A stretch of 53,645 nucleotides of DNA from a virus (lineage: Duplodnaviria; Caudoviricetes), in the IMG/VR virus record IMGVR_UViG_3300048033_000859, positions 1-53,645 of that record, one strand, 5' to 3'. A program made the translations under genes and the position numbers. Shown piece by piece: positions 44,683 to 52,497 of this stretch. Positions within the stretch are counted from its first letter, which is position 1; each line of letters begins with the position of its first letter. The notes below the pieces were generated by a model. That model was not told the DNA's origin and did no database searches. It saw only the letters and a program-made list of their open reading frames with translations.

Positions 44683-44743
44683 GTGGTATCCTTTCGGGGT
44701 TATAGTGTAGCCCCAAGCTAATAGGTTACTTGTAAATTTACAA
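44683..44743 (-). promoter_or_regulatory. Early promoter plus partial leader motif, copy 3
   Basis: TTGTAA-N17-TAGCTT (44715-44743); TAACCCCGAAAGGATACCAC (44683-44702). Confidence 0.65.
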
Positions 44744-44760
44744 GAGAAAATATTTAGCAC

Positions 44761-44787
44761 AAAAAAAGACCCCCAAAAGGGGGCCTA
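44761..44787 (-). terminator. Repeated early-region terminator, copy 2
   Basis: TAGGCCCCC-TTTT-GGGGGTCTTTTTTT. Confidence 0.85.
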
Positions 44788-44807
44788 ATATTTTAAATCT
44801 ACGGGGA

Positions 44808-45137
44808 TTATTCTTTTGTTTCTATACAGACCACAACGGGAATGGCCTCTTTGTCACCTTTAAAGAATAGCAGATAATCCCCTGCGCTTGCTTTTTCCTT
44901 TAGTCCAGAAATCCACATGCGCTTCTCTTTTTTACTCTTGGGCCTGTACAGTTTCAAAGTTGTGGTGGTGGCATGCTTGCCTAGCTCCAGAATGCACTTG
45001 AATTCAACCCCATGCTTTCCACCTTGGGGGATATCTGCAAAATTCACATTTAAGAATTCCCCGAAAGTTTTTTCAAAGGCCCCAGCGTTTAGGGTGGAAT
45101 GCGAAAGGTGGGTTTTTGTAAGTTTAATTTTTAGCAT
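44808..45137 (-). CDS. Early protein resembling a stand-alone restriction-enzyme DNA-recognition (B3/EcoRII-N-like) domain
   Basis: IKLTKT.L...N...LYRP.....R.WISGL...A.AGD.L pattern; no nuclease domain. Confidence 0.5.
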   Translation of the reverse strand: MLKIKLTKTHLSHSTLNAGAFEKTFGEFLNVNFADIPQGGKHGVEFKCILELGKHATTTTLKLYRPKSKKEKRMWISGLKEKASAGDYLLFFKGDKEAIPVVVCIETKE

Positions 45138-45138
45138 T

Positions 45139-45246
45139 TTAGTACCCCATTCCATAACCGATAAACAAGAAAATCCATCCCGCTGCAAAAAGGGAGAGCG
45201 CGCCAAGCGCATCCCCCAGTATCTCCACAATTTTGCGCCAATCCAT
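45139..45246 (-). CDS. Early small membrane peptide, 35 aa (not in ORF track)
   Basis: MDWRKIVEILGDALGALSLFAAGWIFLFIGYGMGY; TAATG overlap upstream; ends 1 nt before the next ATG. Confidence 0.7.
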   Translation of the reverse strand: MDWRKIVEILGDALGALSLFAAGWIFLFIGYGMGY

Positions 45247-46223
45247 TACGCTGCAATCCCTGTTAGGGAAGCCCAAGCGGGGCTTGCTAGCCAATCGCTA
45301 ACTTGATTTTGGCGGCGGTCCAGAGTTTGGGCCACATTGTCTTTCTGCTCACCTCTGGCATGCACGGGAAATAGCTCGCTGTCATGACTTGAAAAGTGGG
45401 TGAGACAGCTATGCAAGCCCCAAACTGTGAACCCTCTGCTCTGGGCCTCTATATCCAGTTGCTCCATAAATTTTGCAGTGAGGCGGCTAGCAATTCCCAT
45501 GCCCTCCAGAGTTTCTTGGGCTTGGGCTGGGGTTATCTTGGCTTGAGCCCATGCATTCCACACTTCGATTTTGCTTTCATATTTTTTCACCTGCTCTTTA
45601 ATGAAAGGAATGAAATACTCTGGGGTGTAACCTGAAGTATGGCGGCGCGATGATTTACCCCCAAGGATATCTAGGACCATGCCATTGTCACAAGCTAAGT
45701 CTGTCACAAGTGAACGGATAATCACAGGGGACTTGCCGCCGAAAGAGTTAGTGACCCCAAAGCCTAGATTTAAGAGGGTGTTTTCTCCCCCGTTCCACAA
45801 CTTGGAATAGCCTGTATTCTTTACAAGCTGACGGATTTCCTTGCCGCTATCGGCAAAGCGAACGGAAAAGCTTGTGAAAGCTCCCCCGTGGGATTGTTTT
45901 TCGTCCAGCTTTATTTCTGCCAAATATTCTTTGGGAAGGGCGCTTTCGCATGCCTCTTGCAATACATCCCGCAAGTCTGAATTTTGTGCGATTGCATAGC
46001 CAGCCCCACAATCCCCTAGCCATTCTTGGGTATCATCCCGAAAGATAGGACGTTTTTGCCATGGCTTAATGAGCGTGGGGGTATTTTCTGGAGTGGTCAA
46101 CATTGCATACTGTCCAAACTTAGCTTGCCAGTTTAAAGCATCCAACTGGGGGAAGCTCTGGGCCTCTGGGGCGGTAGTTTCTGGAGTAGTTGCAAAAGCA
46201 TTCGGGAAAGTAACGATATTCAT
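45246..46223 (-). CDS. DUF932/DUF945 family protein
   Basis: R.D....LG.....Y...QN, NSF.G, L.C.NGMV...RH, T.WGL...LT...SH. Confidence 0.82.
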   Translation of the reverse strand: MNIVTFPNAFATTPETTAPEAQSFPQLDALNWQAKFGQYAMLTTPENTPTLIKPWQKRPIFRDDTQEWLGDCGAGYAIAQNSDLRDVLQEACESALPKEYLAEIKLDEKQSHGGAFTSFSVRFADSGKEIRQLVKNTGYSKLWNGGENTLLNLGFGVTNSFGGKSPVIIRSLVTDLACDNGMVLDILGGKSSRRHTSGYTPEYFIPFIKEQVKKYESKIEVWNAWAQAKITPAQAQETLEGMGIASRLTAKFMEQLDIEAQSRGFTVWGLHSCLTHFSSHDSELFPVHARGEQKDNVAQTLDRRQNQVSDWLASPAWASLTGIAA

Positions 46224-46226
46224 AAT

Positions 46227-46308
46227 TGGTATCCTTTTGAGTTAGTGAAAAGAGCTAGACCACCTAGCTAGTGGTTATGATGTTACCCCTTGTGAAATTA
46301 TAACGCAA
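46227..46308 (-). promoter_or_regulatory. Early promoter plus leader motif, copy 4
   Basis: TTGCGT-N17-TAACAT (46280-46308); TTTCACTAACTCAAAAGGATACCA (46227-46250). Confidence 0.75.
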
Positions 46309-46309
46309 G

Positions 46310-46339
46310 AAAAAAAAGACCCCCAACAAAGGGGGCCTA
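46310..46339 (-). terminator. Repeated early-region terminator, copy 3
   Basis: TAGGCCCCC-loop-GGGGGTCTTTTTTT. Confidence 0.85.
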
Positions 46340-46420
46340 ATATTTATGTAGTATATTTGAGAACTAGCCACATCACACCGAGCCAAAATGTGAAGTAACC
46401 ACAGAAAAGATAAATTATTT

Positions 46421-47227
46421 TCATCGGGGAGCACTCGCCACGGCGTCAGCTTTTTTGACGCTAATCCCATGGGCGGGAAAACCCACAATAGTCTCTCTCT
46501 TATATATGCTGCATAAACCACAGTCCTTGCAATTTGTGTCCATATAAGTTGCGGGGCAAATTGTCAGCTTGTGGCCCATCGGGGTTACAGTTGGTTTTCT
46601 CTTTTTATAATCTGCCAAGCTTTCCCCGTCCTGAATTCCCATTTTTTCAGGCAATACAGTTGCAAGAGGAATGCTAGGAAACTTACTTTTTGCGGGGCTG
46701 GCCTCCCAATTATAATATACAATCTCTGCCAATTCATCGGCATGGTCTAACCCGTTACATGAGGCGTTAATAGTTAGGCCATTCAAGTTTGCATCCATTA
46801 CAGCGTTAAAATTGTGTGTGTCTTCTATACTATAATGCGTGAACCCAAAGCCCCGCTTTCCTTTGTTAGCCTCTACTAATTCAGAGAGGGCCACAGGGTC
46901 TATTTGTTCATCATTACATTCTGCAATATTTGGCGGTAAATCCCCAACTTGATTTAATCGCCACAACTGGCCCTCTTTAATTGATAAGACAGCCCCTAGA
47001 AATGCAAGCCAAGTCCCCCCAGCTTTCCCTGCAGAAACTTTATCCCAAAATCTACGGATGTGGCCCCCGTCCCCGTAGCATCCATTTTTTTTAAATAGGC
47101 AACTATTGGGACAAGTCCCATTGTGGGAAGTTGACACAGGTATAGGCCCTGTCTTTCTGTTTCTACTTTTCATAGTCAAAGCGAAAAAACCTGTGACATT
47201 AGCGACAAAATTAATTTCATGTTTCAT
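46421..47227 (-). CDS. Cys-rich early protein (Gp88-like / radical-SAM-like Fe-S candidate)
   Basis: N.KTG, CPNSC......CY, R.N..GD, CPA....CKDCGLC...GF.AHG. Confidence 0.65.
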   Translation of the reverse strand: MKHEINFVANVTGFFALTMKSRNRKTGPIPVSTSHNGTCPNSCLFKKNGCYGDGGHIRRFWDKVSAGKAGGTWLAFLGAVLSIKEGQLWRLNQVGDLPPNIAECNDEQIDPVALSELVEANKGKRGFGFTHYSIEDTHNFNAVMDANLNGLTINASCNGLDHADELAEIVYYNWEASPAKSKFPSIPLATVLPEKMGIQDGESLADYKKRKPTVTPMGHKLTICPATYMDTNCKDCGLCSIYKRETIVGFPAHGISVKKADAVASAPR

Positions 47228-47230
47228 TGT

Positions 47231-47311
47231 GTGGTATCCTTTTAGGTTAGTGAATAAGAGCGTCTGGCCCCTATAACCCCTAGCATAGGGTCAATTAACT
47301 ACCCCTTGCAA
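47231..47311 (-). promoter_or_regulatory. Leftward early promoter plus leader motif, copy 5
   Basis: TTGCAA-N18-TATGCT (47282-47311); TTCACTAACCTAAAAGGATACCAC (47231-47254); dyad ACCCCTAGCATAGGGT over the -10 box. Confidence 0.72.
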
Positions 47312-47443
47312 GATACTTTTTTTCTGAAATTTTTTTAGATTTTTGCTTGCGCCAACAAGAGTCAGTATATAAGGTCCCTTCCATTGACCCCGCCAAAGCA
47401 AGTCTAAGTTATATATTACTCTTGACGCGCCAGTAGCTAAAAA

Positions 47444-47665
47444 TTGAAGGGACTATCAAAATTGAACTATAAAAGAACAAGAGCAGAAGTACACCAATGG
47501 ATAGAGGGCCTTCAAGAGCTACTGGAGTACGAAGATGGGACCCAACAACTAATTCTTCTAAAGTCAGGCGAACTAGTGGTCATTCCTTGTGGCGAAGAAG
47601 AGGCTGACGGGTTGAGCGTTACTATCGCTACCCACAGTGCTGACATTATTAAGCTTACAGGGTAA
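47444..47665 (+). CDS. Small hypothetical protein (start uncertain)
   Basis: 73 aa from TTG; followed by a bidirectional terminator at 47703-47740. Confidence 0.5.
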   Translation: MKGLSKLNYKRTRAEVHQWIEGLQELLEYEDGTQQLILLKSGELVVIPCGEEEADGLSVTIATHSADIIKLTG

Positions 47666-47702
47666 AGGTTACGTTATATCTTAACGCGCCAGTAATTAGA
47701 AT

Positions 47703-47815
47703 AAAAGAACCCCCCAAGGATTGCTCCGAGGGGGGTTTTTGCTGGCTAAGACAGGGAGGAAATTCACCAGCAGCATTAACAGAAGTCGGGGTGGGTCATT
47801 AGCAACCTCTGTTAT
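47703..47815 (-). ncRNA. Candidate small RNA C with three hairpins and an anti-SD loop
   Basis: Promoter TTGACC-N17-TAAGAT (47820-47848); 11-bp stem with a C-rich loop; stem with TTTCCTCCCTG loop; terminator with GCAA loop. G-U pairs only work on the minus strand. Confidence 0.7.
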
Positions 47816-47872
47816 ACATATCTTACACAAGGTCTACACAGTGGTCAACTACTAATTGTGTATCAAAAGGTC

Positions 47873-47901
47873 TTGCTTATACCCCTAACATAGGGTATTT
47901 A
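47873..47901 (+). promoter_or_regulatory. Putative integrase promoter containing an operator-like dyad
   Basis: TTGCTT-N17-TATTTA; ACCCCTAACATAGGGT at 47881-47896. Confidence 0.45.
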
Positions 47902-47933
47902 CTCTGATACTGATAACCTTGGAGGATATAAGA

Positions 47934-49046
47934 ATGGGAAATATGTTAGCACCGTACATTCAAGTGTACAAAAAGAAGGGGAAATCTGAGTACAGGTTTC
48001 AACCAAAGAAAGACATGCGGATAGCCTTGGGAGTGCATGGATTTACAATGCATGATGAACAAGAGGCTCTAGCGTATAGCGCAACCGTTCAACAACTGTA
48101 TTACGACTACAGTCGCAAGAAAAAGAACGCTATTGCGATCAACGAAAGGACTTTGTCTGGCCTTGTTCATTGGTTTTATCAGACCAGTGAGTTCAAAGAG
48201 CGTAAGCCTAACACGCAGAAGAGCTATAAGGAGCAGCTAGGTCTGATATGTAAGGTCACCCTGCCGCGCAGTAAGACCCCTCTAGGTGCTTTGATGGTAT
48301 CCACGATGGATCGGGAGAGGGCTGACGCTTTAAAACAGTTCTTGACAGAGCACTACTCATATCACCGAGCTTATATGTGCATAAAGACAATTCGTCGGTT
48401 GTTCTACGTTGGCAGCGTTTATGGGAAGGGCATCAAGTTTAACCCGTTTGCAAAGATGGACCTGAAAACACCCGCTAGTCGCAAGGAACGCTGGGAGCAG
48501 GGCGACATCTATCGTTTTATAGATAAGTCTGACGAACTAGGGTTTCACGGTTTAGGTACACTAGCTCTAGCTTGTTATGATTTAGCTCAGAGGCCTGGAG
48601 ATATACGCCAACTGACTTGGGAAAATGTTGTAGGCAATCGATTGATCTTCACCCAAGAGAAGACCGAGCAGCCTATGAATGTTGTTATGAGCGACGAACT
48701 AGTAAAACGCTTATCAACAATCAAACGTGTCAACAGTACCAACAGGATTGTGTACCATGTAGACCCACGAAATAAAAAAATCTGTGAGTATGATAACAGA
48801 AATTACAATTGCCACCGCAAGTTAGTTTTAGAGGCACTGAACCTCCCAGAGAAATTACAACTACGGGACCTTCGTAGAACTGCAGCGTCCGAGATGGCTA
48901 ACGCTTCTTGCACCGATGATGAAATCCGAGAGGTCACTGGACACAAGACCCGTGACGTTCTGTCTATCTACCTAGTTCAAGATGGAACTGCAGGGGACAA
49001 CGCCCAAGATAAACGGAGGCAGAAGTATGGACAAAAAGGTGCCTAG
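47934..49046 (+). CDS. int: Tyrosine integrase
   Basis: Catalytic pattern QRPGD (R), QEKT (K), RDLRRT, TGH and Y; GGAGG RBS before ATG 47934. Confidence 0.93.
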   Translation: MGNMLAPYIQVYKKKGKSEYRFQPKKDMRIALGVHGFTMHDEQEALAYSATVQQLYYDYSRKKKNAIAINERTLSGLVHWFYQTSEFKERKPNTQKSYKEQLGLICKVTLPRSKTPLGALMVSTMDRERADALKQFLTEHYSYHRAYMCIKTIRRLFYVGSVYGKGIKFNPFAKMDLKTPASRKERWEQGDIYRFIDKSDELGFHGLGTLALACYDLAQRPGDIRQLTWENVVGNRLIFTQEKTEQPMNVVMSDELVKRLSTIKRVNSTNRIVYHVDPRNKKICEYDNRNYNCHRKLVLEALNLPEKLQLRDLRRTAASEMANASCTDDEIREVTGHKTRDVLSIYLVQDGTAGDNAQDKRRQKYGQKGA

Positions 49047-49176
49047 TCCCGCTCTTGATAGCTTCATTCGAGAAATGTTCGGGCCAGATAAGGACCCTAT
49101 AGATACCCCTAAAATGGAAATCTATAAGCATGTTGGGTGGAAACCCGCCTACCCTAACCAAGAACCCCCCTTCTAG
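49027..49176 (+). CDS. Small hypothetical protein ending in EPPF
   Basis: 49 aa, GGAGG upstream, fills the gap between int and thyX. Confidence 0.6.
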   Translation: MDKKVPSPALDSFIREMFGPDKDPIDTPKMEIYKHVGWKPAYPNQEPPF

Positions 49177-49184
49177 GAGAAAAT

Positions 49185-49859
49185 ATGGATTACTCAGCTA
49201 AAATCGTAGGCAAGACTATGCCCTTCAATATTGATGCAGACAACATGGAGGAGCTAATTGCATATGCAGCGAGGGTGTCTAACCCATCAAACCAATCTAA
49301 CCATGATACTGCACAGAAGCTTCTAGCCTACTGCGTCAAACATAAACATTGGAGTGTGTTTGAGACTGCTAACTTCGTAGTCGAAATTAAGGCACCTAGA
49401 GATATTACGCGCCAGTTGTTGAGACACAGAAGTTTTACGTTTCAGGAATTCTCTCAGAGGTACTCAGACGAAATACAGTGGACCGAAAGGGAGTTCCGTA
49501 GGCAGGACACTAAGAACCGTCAAAACAGTCTAGATAACTTCGATAAGGAGACACAAGAGTACCTACAGAGGTTGTGCAGAAATCACATTGAGAACAGCCA
49601 AAGACTGTACAAAAAGCTCAGGTCCTTGGGGGTTGCAAAAGAGTGCTGCAGAGGGGTCCTACCAGAGGGCTATGCCATGTCCACCATGTATGTGAATGGT
49701 ACAGTAAGATCGTGGCTACACTACCTAGACGTTAGGGATGATGAAGGGGTGACCCAGTTAGAGCACGTTCAGCTAGCCCGTGCGATAAAAGATTCGCTAG
49801 CTGCAGAGCTACCCCAAATCATGCAAGTTTGGGAAACTAACAGAAACGAAATGAAATGA
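49185..49859 (+). CDS. thyX: FAD-dependent thymidylate synthase
   Basis: ARVS, HWSVFE, RQLLRHRSF.FQEFSQRY, RSW.HY...R, Q.EH motifs. Confidence 0.96.
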   Translation: MDYSAKIVGKTMPFNIDADNMEELIAYAARVSNPSNQSNHDTAQKLLAYCVKHKHWSVFETANFVVEIKAPRDITRQLLRHRSFTFQEFSQRYSDEIQWTEREFRRQDTKNRQNSLDNFDKETQEYLQRLCRNHIENSQRLYKKLRSLGVAKECCRGVLPEGYAMSTMYVNGTVRSWLHYLDVRDDEGVTQLEHVQLARAIKDSLAAELPQIMQVWETNRNEMK

Positions 49860-49890
49860 GTATTGCTAACCCATTGATTTACTTAGATTT

Positions 49891-49928
49891 TGGTTGCGGG
49901 AGTAGGATTTGAACCTACGACCTTCAGG
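49891..49928 (-). mobile_element. attP core: 38-bp copy of the 3' half of an initiator tRNA-Met
   Basis: Reverse complement CCTGAAGGTCGTAGGTTCAAATCCTACTCCCGCAACCA has the T arm, acceptor strand and CCA; 5' half and anticodon absent; adjacent IHF consensus AATCAATGGGTTA (49867-49879, minus). Confidence 0.88.
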
Positions 49929-50063
49929 GTCTAAGTAGCACTTTATAAAACAACAACGTATGGTGGGGGTATTTCTGATACCCCTACCTTTTTTTTATTT
50001 AGGGGCTAGACAGATGCCCCATCAATATGTACCCTAAACCCTGTTGTGACAGGGGTTATATAT

Positions 50064-50846
50064 ATGAGTTACTATCAGGATCAGTTAAGTACTATCAGTA
50101 ACTATAGGGTCAACTCAGGAGAAACTATAAGGGTTAACTGTCCGTTCTGTGGTGGTAACAAAACCATGAGTATTACCCAGATCGATGGTAACCTTAAATG
50201 GAACTGCTATAAAGCTTCATGTGGCTCCCGTGGAATAAATAATGTGGGTAGAAATATTCTTGAAATACGGAATGCTCTAAACGGCATTAAAAACGTACAG
50301 AAACGTAAAACTTCAGACATTCCAGAAATATTATCATCGCCGCTACTGCGTGAGGATACCTACAATTACCTTCTAGAAAATAATTGCCTTCAAGCATATC
50401 TAGATGGTGCTTGCAGAATAGAATACAGCCCCAAAGAACACAGAGTATTGTTCTTCAATTCTGATAGTAGTGGATGTGTCGGTAGATCACTAAAAACGAG
50501 ACTGAAACCTAAGTGGAAGGTTTACGGTGAGACTACAAACTTATTTACAGTGGGGCATTGTGATCCCGTAGTTTTAGTTGAAGATGCGGCATCCGCCTGT
50601 GCGGTTTATGCCACGAAGAAATACACTGGGGTGGCTTTGTTAGGAACAAATCTGTCGTACAAACAGAGAACATCCTTAAAACAGAGAGATAATATCACAA
50701 TCGCCCTTGACAAGGACGCCTCAAGGAAGGCACTACAAGTAGCGGCACAACTAAGAGGGGGAAGAAAGTGTGCTGTAAGGTTCCTTGCAAGGGACCTCAA
50801 GGAGTATCCCCCAGAAAGGTTATTAAGGGTGATTGAAGATGGGTAA
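50064..50846 (+). CDS. DNA primase (zinc finger plus TOPRIM)
   Basis: CPFC...WNCYKASC; VLVED..SA, ALLGT, ALDKDA. Confidence 0.9.
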   Translation: MSYYQDQLSTISNYRVNSGETIRVNCPFCGGNKTMSITQIDGNLKWNCYKASCGSRGINNVGRNILEIRNALNGIKNVQKRKTSDIPEILSSPLLREDTYNYLLENNCLQAYLDGACRIEYSPKEHRVLFFNSDSSGCVGRSLKTRLKPKWKVYGETTNLFTVGHCDPVVLVEDAASACAVYATKKYTGVALLGTNLSYKQRTSLKQRDNITIALDKDASRKALQVAAQLRGGRKCAVRFLARDLKEYPPERLLRVIEDG

Positions 50847-51045
50847 AAAACTCAGAGCAATTTGTTTGATTGATATTGATGTGGACAGCTTCCGTGAGGC
50901 TGGCGAAGAAGAAGCGAAGATAGAGACACTTCTGAACGGATATATGAAAAGTAACGATGCCGTAACAGAAGTAACTTTTGATGTTCGTGACCGTAGAGGA
51001 ACCCAAGTTCCAGACCTAAAGCAAATGAAATTAAAGAATGCGTAA
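50839..51045 (+). CDS. Small hypothetical protein
   Basis: 68 aa, overlaps the primase stop. Confidence 0.7.
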   Translation: MGKKLRAICLIDIDVDSFREAGEEEAKIETLLNGYMKSNDAVTEVTFDVRDRRGTQVPDLKQMKLKNA

Positions 51046-51056
51046 GGACTGACAAT

Positions 51057-51161
51057 ATGTGGCACTTCAGGATTACCGATTGGCCTAACCCGCCCACTGG
51101 TTCACCGAGAAATGACAAGTACTTAGCTTGGAGCTTCTCAGGGATAGAACCCCCAAAGTAA
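51057..51161 (+). CDS. Possible 34-aa peptide (not in ORF track)
   Basis: AAGGA RBS; MWHFRITDWPNPPTGSPRNDKYLAWSFSGIEPPK; ends at a terminator. Confidence 0.45.
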   Translation: MWHFRITDWPNPPTGSPRNDKYLAWSFSGIEPPK

Positions 51162-51162
51162 G

Positions 51163-51191
51163 ACCCGCTCTTTTTTGAAGCGGGTTTTTTT
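51163..51191 (+). terminator. Intrinsic terminator
   Basis: ACCCGCT-loop-AGCGGGT followed by a T tract. Confidence 0.8.
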
Positions 51192-51276
51192 ATGTATGGG
51201 GTCTCATAAAGACCCTTGGTTTTTATTTTAAGTCGTGGTACATTCGGACCCCTAAAGCTTTCGCATAGGGAAAACC

Positions 51277-52497
51277 ATGGATACCACAATATTAAAGAAG
51301 ATTCTGAACAACGAATTCTACGAGTCTAACAAGGCCAGACTCAATCCTAAACTTTTCGAGCATGAAGCGCGTGACGTTTTTCTTACAATCAAACAGGCGC
51401 AGGAGTCCTATGAAAAGGACTTAACAATCTCAGAAGTAGTATCTCTGTATGATGCAAACAATCCTACGAGCACTAGGTCTCAGAAGGATGAAGTAATTCA
51501 GTTTCTATCTGATGTAGCCGCCGAGTCTGAAATTTCAGATGATATCGCCAATGACATTATTGTTAAGTTAGACCAGCGTTATGTTGCGCAGGTCATAGCA
51601 GACAAAGCTGCCTCCATTTCACTTGGAGAGAGTGATGGATGGGAAGAGCTAGTTAATCTTGTAGACGAATATCGTGATGGGTTTGGTAAAGACGAACTAA
51701 TAGATTTTGAAACGGCAGACGTTTATCAGATAATTGAAACTCTTTCCGATAAACAACGCTTCAAGTTTAACCTGCCCACACTTAACAAGAAAGTGTATGG
51801 CATCGGGCGTCAGGAATTCGGTGCAGTATTTGCCAATACAAATGTTGGTAAGTCTGCATTTATGATCAGCCTATGTTTTGGGCCTGATGGATTTGTAGAT
51901 CAAGGTTTACGGGTTCTGTTCGTATGTAACGAAGAGCAAGCCATCCGCACCAGACAACGTGCAATGTCAGCCTTTTCAGGCATGTCCAAGGATGAAATGA
52001 TACTGGACCCTGAGAGTGCAGCTATACACTGGAACAAAGTTAATCATTTGGCTTTCTTCAAAGATTGCCAAGACCTGATGCTACCTGAGATTGAGAGTAT
52101 TATAAGTAAGGTTGGTTTCGATGTAGTCGTTTTTGACCAGCTCGACAAAGTTCACATTGCTGGAAAATTTAATGCTTCCCATGAGAAATTTGGGGAGCTG
52201 TACAGGCAAACCCGTGAGGTTGCCAAGAGAACCAACACAGCGGTCTTTGGTGTTACCCAAGCTAGTGCAGACGCCAGAGACAGTACTGTAGTAAGCCACT
52301 TCGATATGTCTGGTAGTAAGGTTCACAAGGCGGCTGAGTTAGATTTAGCAATCGGAATAGGCGCGAGGGAACAGAAAGATGCCCAAGCCGAGCCTGATTT
52401 CACACGCTGGATAAATATAAGCAAAAACAAACTTAACGGATGGCACGGGACAGTTGTGTGCATGCTCGACCAGAAGGCGAACCGCTATGTTGTATAA
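51277..52497 (+). CDS. SF4 (DnaB/T7 gp4-like) replicative helicase
   Basis: ANTNVGKS Walker A, NEE, FDQLD, TQAS, GS...KAAE.D, KNK..G.HG. Confidence 0.92.
   Translation: MDTTILKKILNNEFYESNKARLNPKLFEHEARDVFLTIKQAQESYEKDLTISEVVSLYDANNPTSTRSQKDEVIQFLSDVAAESEISDDIANDIIVKLDQRYVAQVIADKAASISLGESDGWEELVNLVDEYRDGFGKDELIDFETADVYQIIETLSDKQRFKFNLPTLNKKVYGIGRQEFGAVFANTNVGKSAFMISLCFGPDGFVDQGLRVLFVCNEEQAIRTRQRAMSAFSGMSKDEMILDPESAAIHWNKVNHLAFFKDCQDLMLPEIESIISKVGFDVVVFDQLDKVHIAGKFNASHEKFGELYRQTREVAKRTNTAVFGVTQASADARDSTVVSHFDMSGSKVHKAAELDLAIGIGAREQKDAQAEPDFTRWINISKNKLNGWHGTVVCMLDQKANRYVV

Noticed and set aside
43103-47254. CRISPR array from the repeated motifs plus the Cas4-like nuclease
   Set aside because: Repeats are separated by whole genes at irregular spacing, and no cas1/cas2 is present. 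Cas4-like exonucleases are common in phage replication modules.
49891-49928. Complete tRNA gene
   Set aside because: Only the 3' half is present; there is no anticodon loop, D arm or 5' acceptor strand. Treated as the attP core.
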